Part shown: positions 47,148 through 58,235 of the stretch, one piece after another
How positions within the stretch are numbered: position 1 is the stretch's first letter
How the letters are laid out: each line of letters begins with the position of its first letter
Assembly (NCBI GenBank): GCA_026988435.1
Contig: JALSLH010000005.1
Location: forward strand, 22,831-86,830
DNA: 64,000 nucleotides
Origin: Methylophaga sp.
Lineage (GTDB): Bacteria; Pseudomonadota; Gammaproteobacteria; Nitrosococcales; Methylophagaceae
Direction: 5' to 3'
Translations under genes and position numbers: made by a program
Notes under the pieces: model-generated
Told to the model about the DNA's origin: nothing
What the model saw: the letters and a program-made list of their open reading frames with translations, nothing else
The model's database searches: none

Positions 47148-48326
47148 ATGGAACCTATAATTATAATTGGTACGGGAATGGCGGGATATTCTCTGGCTAG
47201 GGAATTTCGTAAGTTAGATCAAGCCACCCCACTGACAATGATCAGCTCAGATGATGGCCGCAGTTATCCAAAACCAATGTTGTCGAATGCCTTAGCCAAA
47301 AGAAAAACAGCTGAGCAAATTGCCATGTTTGATGCACAGGCCATGGCAAAAACACTAAAGGCAGAGATTCTAACGCATCGAACTGTGATCAAAATTGAGC
47401 CTACAACAAACGCATTAGAATTGGATGATTGCTCACAACAAAAATACAGCAAGTTGATTTTAGCTTTGGGTGCTAGCCCGATTGTAATACCCATTGATGG
47501 TGATGCGGCAGAAGAAATTTTATCAATTAATGATTTGATCGATTACACGGTTTTTCGTGAACGCTTACTTGATGCTAAGCATGTGGCAATAATTGGTCCG
47601 GGCTTAATTGCTTGTGAATTTGCTAATGATTTAATTGCCTCAAGTGATGTTCGTGTTTCTATAATTGGCCCAAATGGCTTGCCGATGGATACGGTATTAC
47701 CCGAGCCTGTAGCAAAAGAATTACATCAGCAACTATCAGATGCTGGAGTCGAGTGGTACTTGAATACAACAACAAAATCGATCAATCACAACGGTAAGGT
47801 CTATGATCTGGCGCTAAGTAATGGCACGGTGATTGATCCTGATCTTGTTGTGTCAGCCGTTGGTTTGCGCGCTAACATCGCGCTAGCATCAGATGCTGGC
47901 TTGAGTGTTCATCGCGGTATTTTGACCGACACGTTTTTAAAAACAAGCCATAATGATATTTATGCTTTGGGTGATTGTGCCGAAGTGGCGGGACATAATC
48001 TATTATTTGTAGCACCCCTTATTGCTGGGGCTAAGGCATTAGCAAAAACACTTGCTGGAGATGCTACCGAAGTTCACTACCCGGCTATGCCGGTTGCTGT
48101 TAAAACACCACTTTACCCTTTAGTCATCACTCCACCGGCAACAGATGCAGTAGGCGAATGGGTTTTTGAACAAGCGCAATCAGGCTTCGGTATAAAAGGA
48201 CTCTTCTATGGCGAAGATAAATCTTTATTAGGCTTTGTTATAAGTGGTGACTTTGTGAAAGAGAAGCAGTTATTAGCAAAACAGTTGCCCGATCTTATAC
48301 CCGTGACCATTCAAATTGCAGAATGA
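47148..48326 (+). CDS. Rubredoxin--NAD(+) reductase (FAD-dependent pyridine nucleotide-disulfide oxidoreductase)
   Basis: IIIGTGMAGYSLA (FAD) and VAIIGPGLIACEFA (NAD) dinucleotide folds, plus ALGDCAEV. It lies next to the rubredoxin gene. The last 10 codons and the stop lie inside a MITE end. Confidence 0.85.
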   Translation: MEPIIIIGTGMAGYSLAREFRKLDQATPLTMISSDDGRSYPKPMLSNALAKRKTAEQIAMFDAQAMAKTLKAEILTHRTVIKIEPTTNALELDDCSQQKYSKLILALGASPIVIPIDGDAAEEILSINDLIDYTVFRERLLDAKHVAIIGPGLIACEFANDLIASSDVRVSIIGPNGLPMDTVLPEPVAKELHQQLSDAGVEWYLNTTTKSINHNGKVYDLALSNGTVIDPDLVVSAVGLRANIALASDAGLSVHRGILTDTFLKTSHNDIYALGDCAEVAGHNLLFVAPLIAGAKALAKTLAGDATEVHYPAMPVAVKTPLYPLVITPPATDAVGEWVFEQAQSGFGIKGLFYGEDKSLLGFVISGDFVKEKQLLAKQLPDLIPVTIQIAE

Positions 48327-48341
48327 ATGGTCACGGGTATA
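48296..48341. mobile_element. MITE copy 3: two abutting TIRs with no interior, plus an extra end fragment at 48371-48384
   Basis: tatacccgtgaccattcaaattgcag|aatgaatggtcacgggtata. A further ggtcatgggtata fragment follows about 30 nt downstream. Confidence 0.75.
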
Positions 48342-48417
48342 GTAGCCCCGAGCTGATCAGAGCCTTTATAAGGTCATGGGTATACAGTAAAATGGCCTCA
48401 CCCCTTTTTAATCGGAA

Positions 48418-49482
48418 TTGCTGTTGCTAACCCAACTTACCGTATCCAACTTACGCAATATCACCAAGCTTTCTTTACAGCCTATATCGGGTATAAATCT
48501 GATTTTAGGTGAAAATGGATCGGGCAAAACCAGTGTGCTTGAAGCTATTCATTTATTAGCTATGGGACGATCGTTTCGAACAAGATCATTAAAAAATGCT
48601 ATACAATTTGATCAACAACAGCTTCAGATTATTGCTAATACCAGCAGTGAAACGCCTGTTGGATTACAGTATGATAAAAATAACGGATTAAAGATTCGAC
48701 TAAATAGAGCCCCATTAAAACGGCTTTCAGAGTTAGCGATGCAATTGCCGCTACAGTTTGTTCCGGCGAACTGCCATCAGTTTTTTGAACAAGGCCCTCG
48801 TTATCGACGTCAGCTTTTAGATTGGGGTTTGTTTCACGTGGAACCAAGCTTTAATTCTCATTGGCAATCGTATAAAAAGATTTTGCAACAGCGTAATTCT
48901 GCGCTTAGGCAGCACAAGCCTGCCAGCGAAATACAGTTATGGGATGCACATTTGGCTGCTCATGGAGAAGCGATCACTACCTTACGAAAGCAACAATTAG
49001 AAAGAGTGCTAGAACAGTTTTCAGTTTTATTTGCCCGCTTATGCCCAGTATATGAGAGCGCAAAGTTCACGTTGAAATATAGAAATGGCTGGGTCAAGGG
49101 GGCAACATTAGAGCAAGCGCTTAGCGGATCGCTCGTTCGTGATCAGCAATTGGGATATACCCGTTCAGGCAGTCATGCCGCAGACTGGTCGTTCAAAATA
49201 AATGATGCCGATCCTATAGAAATGTTTTCACGTGGGCAACAAAAACTATTTTTCCTCGCCTTGTGCATGGTACAAGCGCGGATGGCAGAACATAGTAACC
49301 GAGATAGAAGCATACTTTTGTTAGACGATATTAGCTCAGAATTAGATGTAAAACATCAACAAAATGTGATGGATGAACTTGCTCGGCTGCCAGTGCAAAC
49401 ATTTGTAACGGCAACACATTTTGAGGTGAAGAGTAGCGGCATAATTAAGATGTTCCACGTGGAACGTGGAGAACTACGATAA
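48418..49482 (+). CDS. recF: DNA replication and repair protein RecF
   Basis: LTVSNLRNI...ILGENGSGKTSVLEAIHLLAMGRSFR (Walker A) and the signature region LLLDDISSELD. It has a TTG start. Confidence 0.9.
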   Translation: MLLLTQLTVSNLRNITKLSLQPISGINLILGENGSGKTSVLEAIHLLAMGRSFRTRSLKNAIQFDQQQLQIIANTSSETPVGLQYDKNNGLKIRLNRAPLKRLSELAMQLPLQFVPANCHQFFEQGPRYRRQLLDWGLFHVEPSFNSHWQSYKKILQQRNSALRQHKPASEIQLWDAHLAAHGEAITTLRKQQLERVLEQFSVLFARLCPVYESAKFTLKYRNGWVKGATLEQALSGSLVRDQQLGYTRSGSHAADWSFKINDADPIEMFSRGQQKLFFLALCMVQARMAEHSNRDRSILLLDDISSELDVKHQQNVMDELARLPVQTFVTATHFEVKSSGIIKMFHVERGELR

Positions 49483-49510
49483 GGACTATACCCTGCTCTT
49501 GATGTGGTAA

Positions 49511-51997
<2,487 letters not shown>

Positions 51998-52107
51998 CAT
52001 TCAGCTTTATCCTTAATTAAACTAGGAATTATTCCTATTAACGAAGGTCATAATATTGCTTATTATGACCTTCTTGCTTGTAAGCCCCAAATTATCTGGA
52101 GAAAAAG

Positions 52108-52662
52108 ATGGAAAACAGTTCGAACCGCTATGATCGTGTGCAAATCATTTTGCACTGGTTAATAGCTTTAGTTCTTTTCTTTATGATTGGGCTCGGTTTG
52201 TATATGGTGGAGCTCCCAAAGCAGTCAGAATTACCACCCGGAGAAGAAAGTGTGCGTGCATTTTATTTTTTAATGCATAAATCAATGGGCTTGACGGTCG
52301 CAATGCTGATTCTTTTACGTGTGGTCTGGCGTTTAACGCATAAAGCACCTCCATTGCCAGATACGATATCAAAATGGCAACAGCGAGCAGCTGGGGCGGT
52401 TCACGGTGCAATTTATGTGCTGATGATTGCTATGCCGTTGTCCGGCTATTTGCAATCAATGTTTAGTAAATATGACACTAAGTTTTGGGGAATAGTATTG
52501 CCTCGCATGGCTGAGGCAGATAAAGCGGCGCGAGAGCAGTTTACCGAGGTTCACGAGATCTTGGCCTTTCTATTAATTGGGCTTATCGTGATACACATTG
52601 CTGCAGCGATCAAACATCGCTTAGCAGGATCGGGTGTTTCGGAGCGGATGTCGCTAAAGTAA
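52108..52662 (+). CDS. cybB: Cytochrome b561 family protein (CybB-like)
   Basis: 4-TM protein. RYDRVQIILHWLIALVLFFMIGLG and conserved His residues (HKSMG, HGAIY, HIAAAIKH). Confidence 0.85.
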   Translation: MENSSNRYDRVQIILHWLIALVLFFMIGLGLYMVELPKQSELPPGEESVRAFYFLMHKSMGLTVAMLILLRVVWRLTHKAPPLPDTISKWQQRAAGAVHGAIYVLMIAMPLSGYLQSMFSKYDTKFWGIVLPRMAEADKAAREQFTEVHEILAFLLIGLIVIHIAAAIKHRLAGSGVSERMSLK

Positions 52663-52730
52663 AATAACCTAATGGAATGGTCAGCCCCACCCCTTTAAAC
52701 GGCATCAATGTGCCAGATTGGTATTGATCT

Positions 52731-52755
52731 AAAAAGGCCCGGAAGGGCCTTTTTA
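52731..52755. terminator. Bidirectional terminator between convergent cybB and ndh
   Basis: aaaaaggccc-ggaa-gggccttttt. Confidence 0.75.
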
Positions 52756-52783
52756 TTGTCTGAAATAGTAAGAGAGCTATGGG

Positions 52784-54100
52784 TTAATGAAGCTTTATTT
52801 TAGGATGTACACTTCGGCGGAATAGGTTTGCAATGGTGAGCATACCGACTCGGAAAAAACCGAACAGAGCGATTTGATGCATCTTATGTAAAGATAGGTA
52901 CATCATCCGCGCCATAAAGCCTTCAATCATCAAGCTACCTTTACTTAGGTTGCCCATCATGTTGCCTACTGTACTATAGCGCCCTAACGAAACAAGAGAG
53001 CCATAATCATGGTAGCTATATTCAGGCAGTGCTTTGCCAGCCATTTGATTGCGAATGGATTTATAGGCCAAAGAAGCCATTTGATGTGCCGCTTGCGCAC
53101 GCGGTGGCACATTGGTATCAAAGCCAACCCATTTGCATGCACAGCAATCACCGATGGCATAGACTTTATCATCGAGTGTCGTTTGCAGTGTTTGCTTCAC
53201 TACAAGCTGATTAATCCAGTTAGTTTCGAGCCCTGCAAAGTCTTTAAGAAATTCAGGCGCCTTGATGCCTGCCGCCCAAACTTTAATAGAGGCGGGAATA
53301 ACTTTTCCGCTTTCTGTTTTAATATTTTTCGGTGTAACTTGTGTTACACGTTCATTAGTCAGCAAAGTCACACCAAGCTTTTCTAGTTCTTTTTGAGTTG
53401 CCGCAGATAAGTTTTCAGGTAAGCCAGGCAGCACGCGGTTGGCGGCTTCAATAATGGTAATATTTACATCGGCAGGCTTCACTTCATCAAGCCCATAGGC
53501 AGTTAATAAATGTGACACCTCATGAAGCTGGGCACTTAATTCCACACCCGTTGCGCCCGCACCAACAATGGCTATATCAAGCTGGCCTTCATCAAGCGGC
53601 TTTTCTTGTGTATGAGCGCGAAAATAGGCTTCAAGTAATTTTGCCTGAAAGTCTTCAGCTTGTGCCGTGTTATCAAGAAAACAACAGTTTTTCTCTACGC
53701 CTTGAATACCAAAGTCGTTGCTGACACTGCCAACGGCAATTACTAAATAATCATAGTCAAAGGTTCGACGCGGTATAATTTCAACACCCTTGGCATTGCA
53801 TGTCGGGGCGACACTTATTTGTTTATTATCTCGGTCTAGCTGATCCATTTTGCCAAGACGAAAGTGGAATCCACTGCACATTGCTTGAGCAAGATATTCA
53901 ATTTCATCTTCATGAGAATCAATTGTTCCTGCGGCTACTTCATGTAAAAGCGGTTTCCAGATGTGCGTGTGCGTACTATCAACCAAGGTGACCTCGGCTT
54001 TGCCCTTTTTACCCAGTTTTCTGCCAAGCTTAGTAACGAGCTCAAGCCCACCTGCCCCGCCACCGACGACTACAATTTTAGGAATAGAATTTGTTGTCAT
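52784..54100 (-). CDS. ndh: Type II NADH dehydrogenase (NDH-2)
   Basis: KIVVVGGGAGGLE and IAIVGAGATGVELSA dinucleotide folds, AIGDCCAC, and a C-terminal membrane-anchoring helix. Confidence 0.9.
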   Translation of the reverse strand: MTTNSIPKIVVVGGGAGGLELVTKLGRKLGKKGKAEVTLVDSTHTHIWKPLLHEVAAGTIDSHEDEIEYLAQAMCSGFHFRLGKMDQLDRDNKQISVAPTCNAKGVEIIPRRTFDYDYLVIAVGSVSNDFGIQGVEKNCCFLDNTAQAEDFQAKLLEAYFRAHTQEKPLDEGQLDIAIVGAGATGVELSAQLHEVSHLLTAYGLDEVKPADVNITIIEAANRVLPGLPENLSAATQKELEKLGVTLLTNERVTQVTPKNIKTESGKVIPASIKVWAAGIKAPEFLKDFAGLETNWINQLVVKQTLQTTLDDKVYAIGDCCACKWVGFDTNVPPRAQAAHQMASLAYKSIRNQMAGKALPEYSYHDYGSLVSLGRYSTVGNMMGNLSKGSLMIEGFMARMMYLSLHKMHQIALFGFFRVGMLTIANLFRRSVHPKIKLH

Positions 54101-54234
54101 TATTTTCAGCCCAAAGTATTAATTTATCCCATAATTCTAACGTATAAAGTAGGTGTAAAACCATCTTATTTTTTACTATAGTTCAATACTCTGTCAAAAT
54201 TGACTTATTAAGACATTAATAGAGGTTTACAGAG

Positions 54235-54783
54235 ATGCAACCACCACCAGAAAAACCACGCCTTGCGTGGGCTGTGACAGGTTCAGGGCATTATCTTGAA
54301 GAATGCCTAGAGATTATTCGTGACCTAGATGATGTCGACTTATTCTATAGCCGAGCAGGCGAAGAAGTGATTCGTATGTACGGTCACGATCCCAAGTCTG
54401 TTAATGGCGATGGTCGCACCTATCACGATCGTGCGGCAAGCTCTCCCCCCGTCGGCTTATTTTACCGTGGTGATTATCACACCTTAGTTGTTGCACCAGC
54501 TACATCAAACACCGTCGCTAAAATGGTGTTGGGTTTGTCAGATTCTTTGGTAACAAATGTCTATGCACAAGCAGGAAAATGTCGCATTCCTAGCATTATC
54601 CTAGCGTGTGATACCGAGCCTGAAATGGATACACCCGCACCTGATCGCATCGTTAAAGTCTGGCCTCGCGAAGTCGATTTGGCGCATACGCATAAACTGC
54701 GATCATTTGAAGCGACAACAGTAGTTGAAACGCCAGATAAACTGCTCGCCGCGCTCAATGTCCGATTAAGCGAACTCACATAA
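54235..54783 (+). CDS. Flavoprotein of the AfpA/DmrB type (candidate dihydromethanopterin reductase)
   Basis: Flavoprotein (PF02441-like) pattern RLAWAVTGSGHYLEE...VVAPATSNTVAKMVLGLSDSLV. It is the first gene of an H4MPT/methanofuran cofactor cluster. Confidence 0.65.
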   Translation: MQPPPEKPRLAWAVTGSGHYLEECLEIIRDLDDVDLFYSRAGEEVIRMYGHDPKSVNGDGRTYHDRAASSPPVGLFYRGDYHTLVVAPATSNTVAKMVLGLSDSLVTNVYAQAGKCRIPSIILACDTEPEMDTPAPDRIVKVWPREVDLAHTHKLRSFEATTVVETPDKLLAALNVRLSELT

Positions 54784-54787
54784 ACGG

Positions 54788-56197
54788 ATGGCTGAAAAAA
54801 TACTTTTTCTTACGGGCAAGCTTGCCGAGGCAAGTGTGCACCGAGTTTTGGCGGATATGGCTCCCCTGCCATTTGAACACCGCGTTCACCAACTCGGGGT
54901 TTCAGTTGCCGCCTTGATCACCGATAAAATGATAGCGCGTCGCCTTAAGCCTGAAGATGTAGCTGATTGTGATCGCATTATCGTGCCGGGGCGAGTGCGA
55001 GGTGATTTAGCCAATTTAAGCCAACAATTAGGCCGACCCGTAGAAAGAGGGCCCGAAGAAATAAAAGACTTACCGCTTTATTTTGGTCGTGCCCGCAAAC
55101 AGCCCGATCTCAGCCGCTATGATGTGAATATCTTCGCTGAAATAGTCGATGCGCCTGAACGTACAATCGAAAGCATCGTCGAACGCGCACAGTATTATGC
55201 AGATAATGGTGCTAACGTCATCGATATTGGTTGTTTGCCAGAAGAGAAGTTTCCACATCTTGAAGAGGCGATCATTGCTTTACATGAAGCGGGGCATAAG
55301 GTCAGTGTTGATTCTTTAGAGTTAGATGATCTGCGGCGGGCGGGTAAAGCAGGGGCTGACTATTTGTTGAGCTTAACGGAAAAGACCTATCACCTAGCCG
55401 AAGAAACAGACGCCGTGCCTATATTGGTGCCAGCAGTAATGGGTTCGCTCGACTCATTAGAGCGTGCGATGGAGTTGATGGATAAAGTCAACCGCCCGTG
55501 GATTGCCGATCCTATCCTTGATCCTATTCACTATGGTCTAACAAATTCAATTGTGCGTTACCATGAATTGCGCCGAAAATATCCCGATGCACCGATGATG
55601 ATGGGGGTCGGCAATTTAACCGAATTAACCGATGCAGACACCAGCGGAATAAATGCACTGTTATTTGGAATCATATCTGAACTTAAAGTAACAAACGTGC
55701 TTGCAACAGAAGTGAGTCCTCACGCACGAAGAGCAATTAAAGAGGCGGATGTGGCAAGAAGAATGATGTTTGCCGCCCGCGATGACAGTAGTTTACCACG
55801 TGATTTCACAGGTGATTTGATGGTGGCACATGAGCGTCGTCCCTTCCCTGATGACATCCAAGACATTACAGAATTAGCCAACAATATTAAAGATCCAAAC
55901 TATCGAATTAAAGTGGCCGAAGAAGGCATTTTTATGTTTAATCGAGATGGCTTGATGATCAATGACGATCCCTTTGCATTTTATCCGCAACTCGATCTTA
56001 AAGACGACACGGGTCATGCCTTTTATTTAGGTGCAGAGCTAGCTAAAGCACAAATTGCATGGCAACTAGGCAAGCGTTATACCCAAGATGAAGAGCTTGA
56101 TTGGGCCTGCGCAGTCGACAAACAAGACATCGATTTAAACGAGCAAAAAGCCGTAGGCACGACAATGAAAAAAGGAAAAAAATGTGGCACAGCCTAA
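54788..56197 (+). CDS. Dihydropteroate synthase-like protein of H4MPT biosynthesis (orf19-type)
   Basis: 469 aa with a central pterin-binding TIM-barrel pattern (ANVIDIGCLP...VSVDS...MMMGVGNLTELTDADT). This is the gene context typical of methylotroph H4MPT clusters. Confidence 0.7.
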   Translation: MAEKILFLTGKLAEASVHRVLADMAPLPFEHRVHQLGVSVAALITDKMIARRLKPEDVADCDRIIVPGRVRGDLANLSQQLGRPVERGPEEIKDLPLYFGRARKQPDLSRYDVNIFAEIVDAPERTIESIVERAQYYADNGANVIDIGCLPEEKFPHLEEAIIALHEAGHKVSVDSLELDDLRRAGKAGADYLLSLTEKTYHLAEETDAVPILVPAVMGSLDSLERAMELMDKVNRPWIADPILDPIHYGLTNSIVRYHELRRKYPDAPMMMGVGNLTELTDADTSGINALLFGIISELKVTNVLATEVSPHARRAIKEADVARRMMFAARDDSSLPRDFTGDLMVAHERRPFPDDIQDITELANNIKDPNYRIKVAEEGIFMFNRDGLMINDDPFAFYPQLDLKDDTGHAFYLGAELAKAQIAWQLGKRYTQDEELDWACAVDKQDIDLNEQKAVGTTMKKGKKCGTA

Positions 56198-56780
56198 GGA
56201 AATACTAACTAGTAAAATCCACGAAGTTATTGTTACGACAATAAATGAAGACGGCCAACCCCATTCTGCACCAATGGGAATAAGCGAAGTGAATGGTCAC
56301 ATTCTTATTAAGCCTTTTAAGCCATCAGCTACCTACGATAACTTAAAACAACACCGCCAATGCACGATTAATTATACTGACGATGTACGCGTATTTGCAG
56401 GCTCATTAACAGGGCGGCGAAATTGGGATATGCTACCCTGTCAGCAAATTGAAGGTTTTTATTTAAGTCAGGCTTTAGCGCATACCGAATTAGAAATTGT
56501 TGCATTTGACGATGATGATCCAAGAGCCTTGTTCAAAGGCGCGATCGTCTGCGATGTGAGTCACGCCATGTTTAGAGGTTTTAACCGTGCCCAAAGCGCT
56601 GTGATTGATGCGGCGGTGTTAGTGAGCCGCATAAAAATGTTGCCTGAAGACAAGATAAGACAAGAAATTGCCTATTTATCAATCGCCATAGAAAAAACAG
56701 CAGGCGCCAGAGAGTTAGAAGCATGGGGCTGGTTAATGGCAAAAATTAAAGACAGTGGAATAGAGTTAAAAAATGAGTAA
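56184..56780 (+). CDS. DUF447-family protein (orf20-type, H4MPT-linked)
   Basis: 198 aa. It overlaps both neighbours. An FMN-binding split-barrel-like N-terminus (EVIVTTINEDGQPHSAPMG) fits DUF447. Confidence 0.6.
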   Translation: MAQPKEILTSKIHEVIVTTINEDGQPHSAPMGISEVNGHILIKPFKPSATYDNLKQHRQCTINYTDDVRVFAGSLTGRRNWDMLPCQQIEGFYLSQALAHTELEIVAFDDDDPRALFKGAIVCDVSHAMFRGFNRAQSAVIDAAVLVSRIKMLPEDKIRQEIAYLSIAIEKTAGARELEAWGWLMAKIKDSGIELKNE

Positions 56781-57480
56781 ATGGTTAGCCAGTGTTCAAT
56801 CATTAGAAGAGGCGCAACAATTATTGCCCGTTCTGCCAGATATTCTGGATATGAAAGATCCCTCGAAAGGTGCTTTAGGTGCGCTAGATGTTGAAACCGT
56901 TAGTCAGATCGTTGATTTAATCGCCGGCCGTTGCCAAACCAGTGCCACCATTGGTGATTTGCCAATGAATGCCGAGCTTATCAGCCAAGCAATGATCACT
57001 ATGGCAACATCAGGCGTTGATTACGTGAAGGTGGGTTTATTTTCTGCAACTAATTTAAGGCAATGCATTGCAAAGCTGGAACCCACAATTAAAGCCTTAT
57101 CCACACCCGTTATCGCCGTATTATTTGTAGATAAAGAAGCCGACATCGCATTGTTACCCTTATTAAAAGCGAGTGGTTTTCACGGTGTGATGATAGATAC
57201 GGCAATCAAAAAAGGTCAACATCTGCGCGCGCACTGGAGCGCTTTAAAGTTAAATACATTTGTGCAACAAGCTCAGCAACAAGGCTTGTTATGTGGCTTG
57301 GCAGGTGCATTGCGCTGCAAAGATATCCCCTCTCTTTCACAACATGGCGCAGATTATTTAGGCTTTAGAAGTGCGCTATGCCAGCAACAAAACCGAACAA
57401 GTGAGATTGATCTTAAATTAGCAAAAGAAGTACAAAGGGCAATAAAAATAACGGAGATCGAGCAACAGATTGCGAGCTAA
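56773..57480 (+). CDS. mfnB: (5-formylfuran-3-yl)methyl phosphate synthase-like protein (MfnB/DUF556, orf21-type)
   Basis: WLASVQSLEEAQQLLPVLPDILDMKDPSKGALGALD... parallels the archaeal MfnB N-terminus (VSxxxxEEA...ADIIDxKNPxxGSLGA). Predicted TIM barrel of 235 aa. Confidence 0.7.
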   Translation: MSKWLASVQSLEEAQQLLPVLPDILDMKDPSKGALGALDVETVSQIVDLIAGRCQTSATIGDLPMNAELISQAMITMATSGVDYVKVGLFSATNLRQCIAKLEPTIKALSTPVIAVLFVDKEADIALLPLLKASGFHGVMIDTAIKKGQHLRAHWSALKLNTFVQQAQQQGLLCGLAGALRCKDIPSLSQHGADYLGFRSALCQQQNRTSEIDLKLAKEVQRAIKITEIEQQIAS

Positions 57481-57604
57481 GCTGAACTTCGGGTATAGAT
57501 CGTCATTCCGGTATGCTTTTAGCCGGAATCTGTGTAATAACTACTAGATTTTCACTAAAAATAGGCAAGAATGCCTACATTTTTAAAATTACCCGAAGTT
57601 CAGC
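57481..57604. mobile_element. 124-bp MITE of a second type (15-bp TIRs) carrying a ccggaat module and a terminator-like hairpin
   Basis: gctgaacttcgggta (57481-57495) is the reverse complement of tacccgaagttcagc (57590-57604). The interior holds cgtcattccggtatgcttttagccggaatc and aaaaataggca-aga-tgcctacattttt. It begins at the nucleotide after the mfnB stop codon. Confidence 0.75.
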
Positions 57605-57631
57605 AAATAATTGGACTTGATCAGAGACTCC

Positions 57632-58105
57632 TTAAGCAAGCCGTAACTCCTTTAAAGATGCAAATGCATTTCTGTCACCTATGTCGGGATTAATACTCAA
57701 CTCAAGAATAGTTACTGCCGGAAGTTCCACCTGATAATCTTCAACTTCACTGCTTGCACCTTCAGGGCTGAAGTTCCATTGCTGTCTTACAATTTCTTGG
57801 TACGATTGACCACCGTCAGCAGACCACCGCAAAACATATTCTTGCGTACGCTCAAGCACTAACTCCTCGAAGCTTAACCTGATCCATTGGAGTTTCTGGG
57901 GGGTATCGAAGACAAGCCTAATGATCTGCTCGCCCGGGCCTGAAGCACGCCATTGTGATACTTTACCCGGCAATAGTGCAGACTCGATTGGAAATTCATC
58001 TGCCTCTGAGGTGACTTCAACCACCACAATCATCTCGATATCCAACCATTGATGATCAGGGTTTACATTTTTTTGCGGGACTGGATTAATAATTCTCTTA
58101 CGCAT
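57632..58105 (-). CDS. Cassette ORF D: hypothetical protein, possibly a galactose-binding-domain-like (discoidin-like) fold
   Basis: 157 aa, predicted all-beta. The pattern IIRLVFDTPQKLQWIRLSF...YVLRWSADGGQSYQEIV is reminiscent of small proteins annotated as carbohydrate-binding. Assignment is from memory only. Confidence 0.6.
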   Translation of the reverse strand: MRKRIINPVPQKNVNPDHQWLDIEMIVVVEVTSEADEFPIESALLPGKVSQWRASGPGEQIIRLVFDTPQKLQWIRLSFEELVLERTQEYVLRWSADGGQSYQEIVRQQWNFSPEGASSEVEDYQVELPAVTILELSINPDIGDRNAFASLKELRLA

Positions 58106-58142
58106 CAGGATGCCTTTTAAATTTAAATAAGTTCGAAAATAG

Positions 58143-58235
58143 TGCTAACGCCTCACACCTCCGGCAGCAAAAAGTATAGCGACGAGGAACGAGGAGCGGC
58201 GCTTTTTGCTGTCCGAGTGCATGTGTTTATTAGAG
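58143..58235 (-). repeat. attC-like recombination site 1 (93 nt)
   Basis: Minus strand: CTCTAAT-AAACA-CATGCACTCGGACAGCAAAAAG-(27-nt loop)-CTTTTTGCTGCCGGAGGTGTG-AGGC-GTTAGCA. It has an inverse-core/core pair and a long imperfect stem with bulged bases. The methyltransferase stop codon lies inside the inverse core. Confidence 0.65.

Noticed and set aside
57606-57636. attC site for the last cassette (ORF D)
   Set aside because: An inverse-core-like TGCTTAAG overlaps the stop codon. The downstream partner is missing or is interrupted by the 124-bp MITE. Only a short imperfect palindrome (ggagtctctgatcaagtcc) remains.
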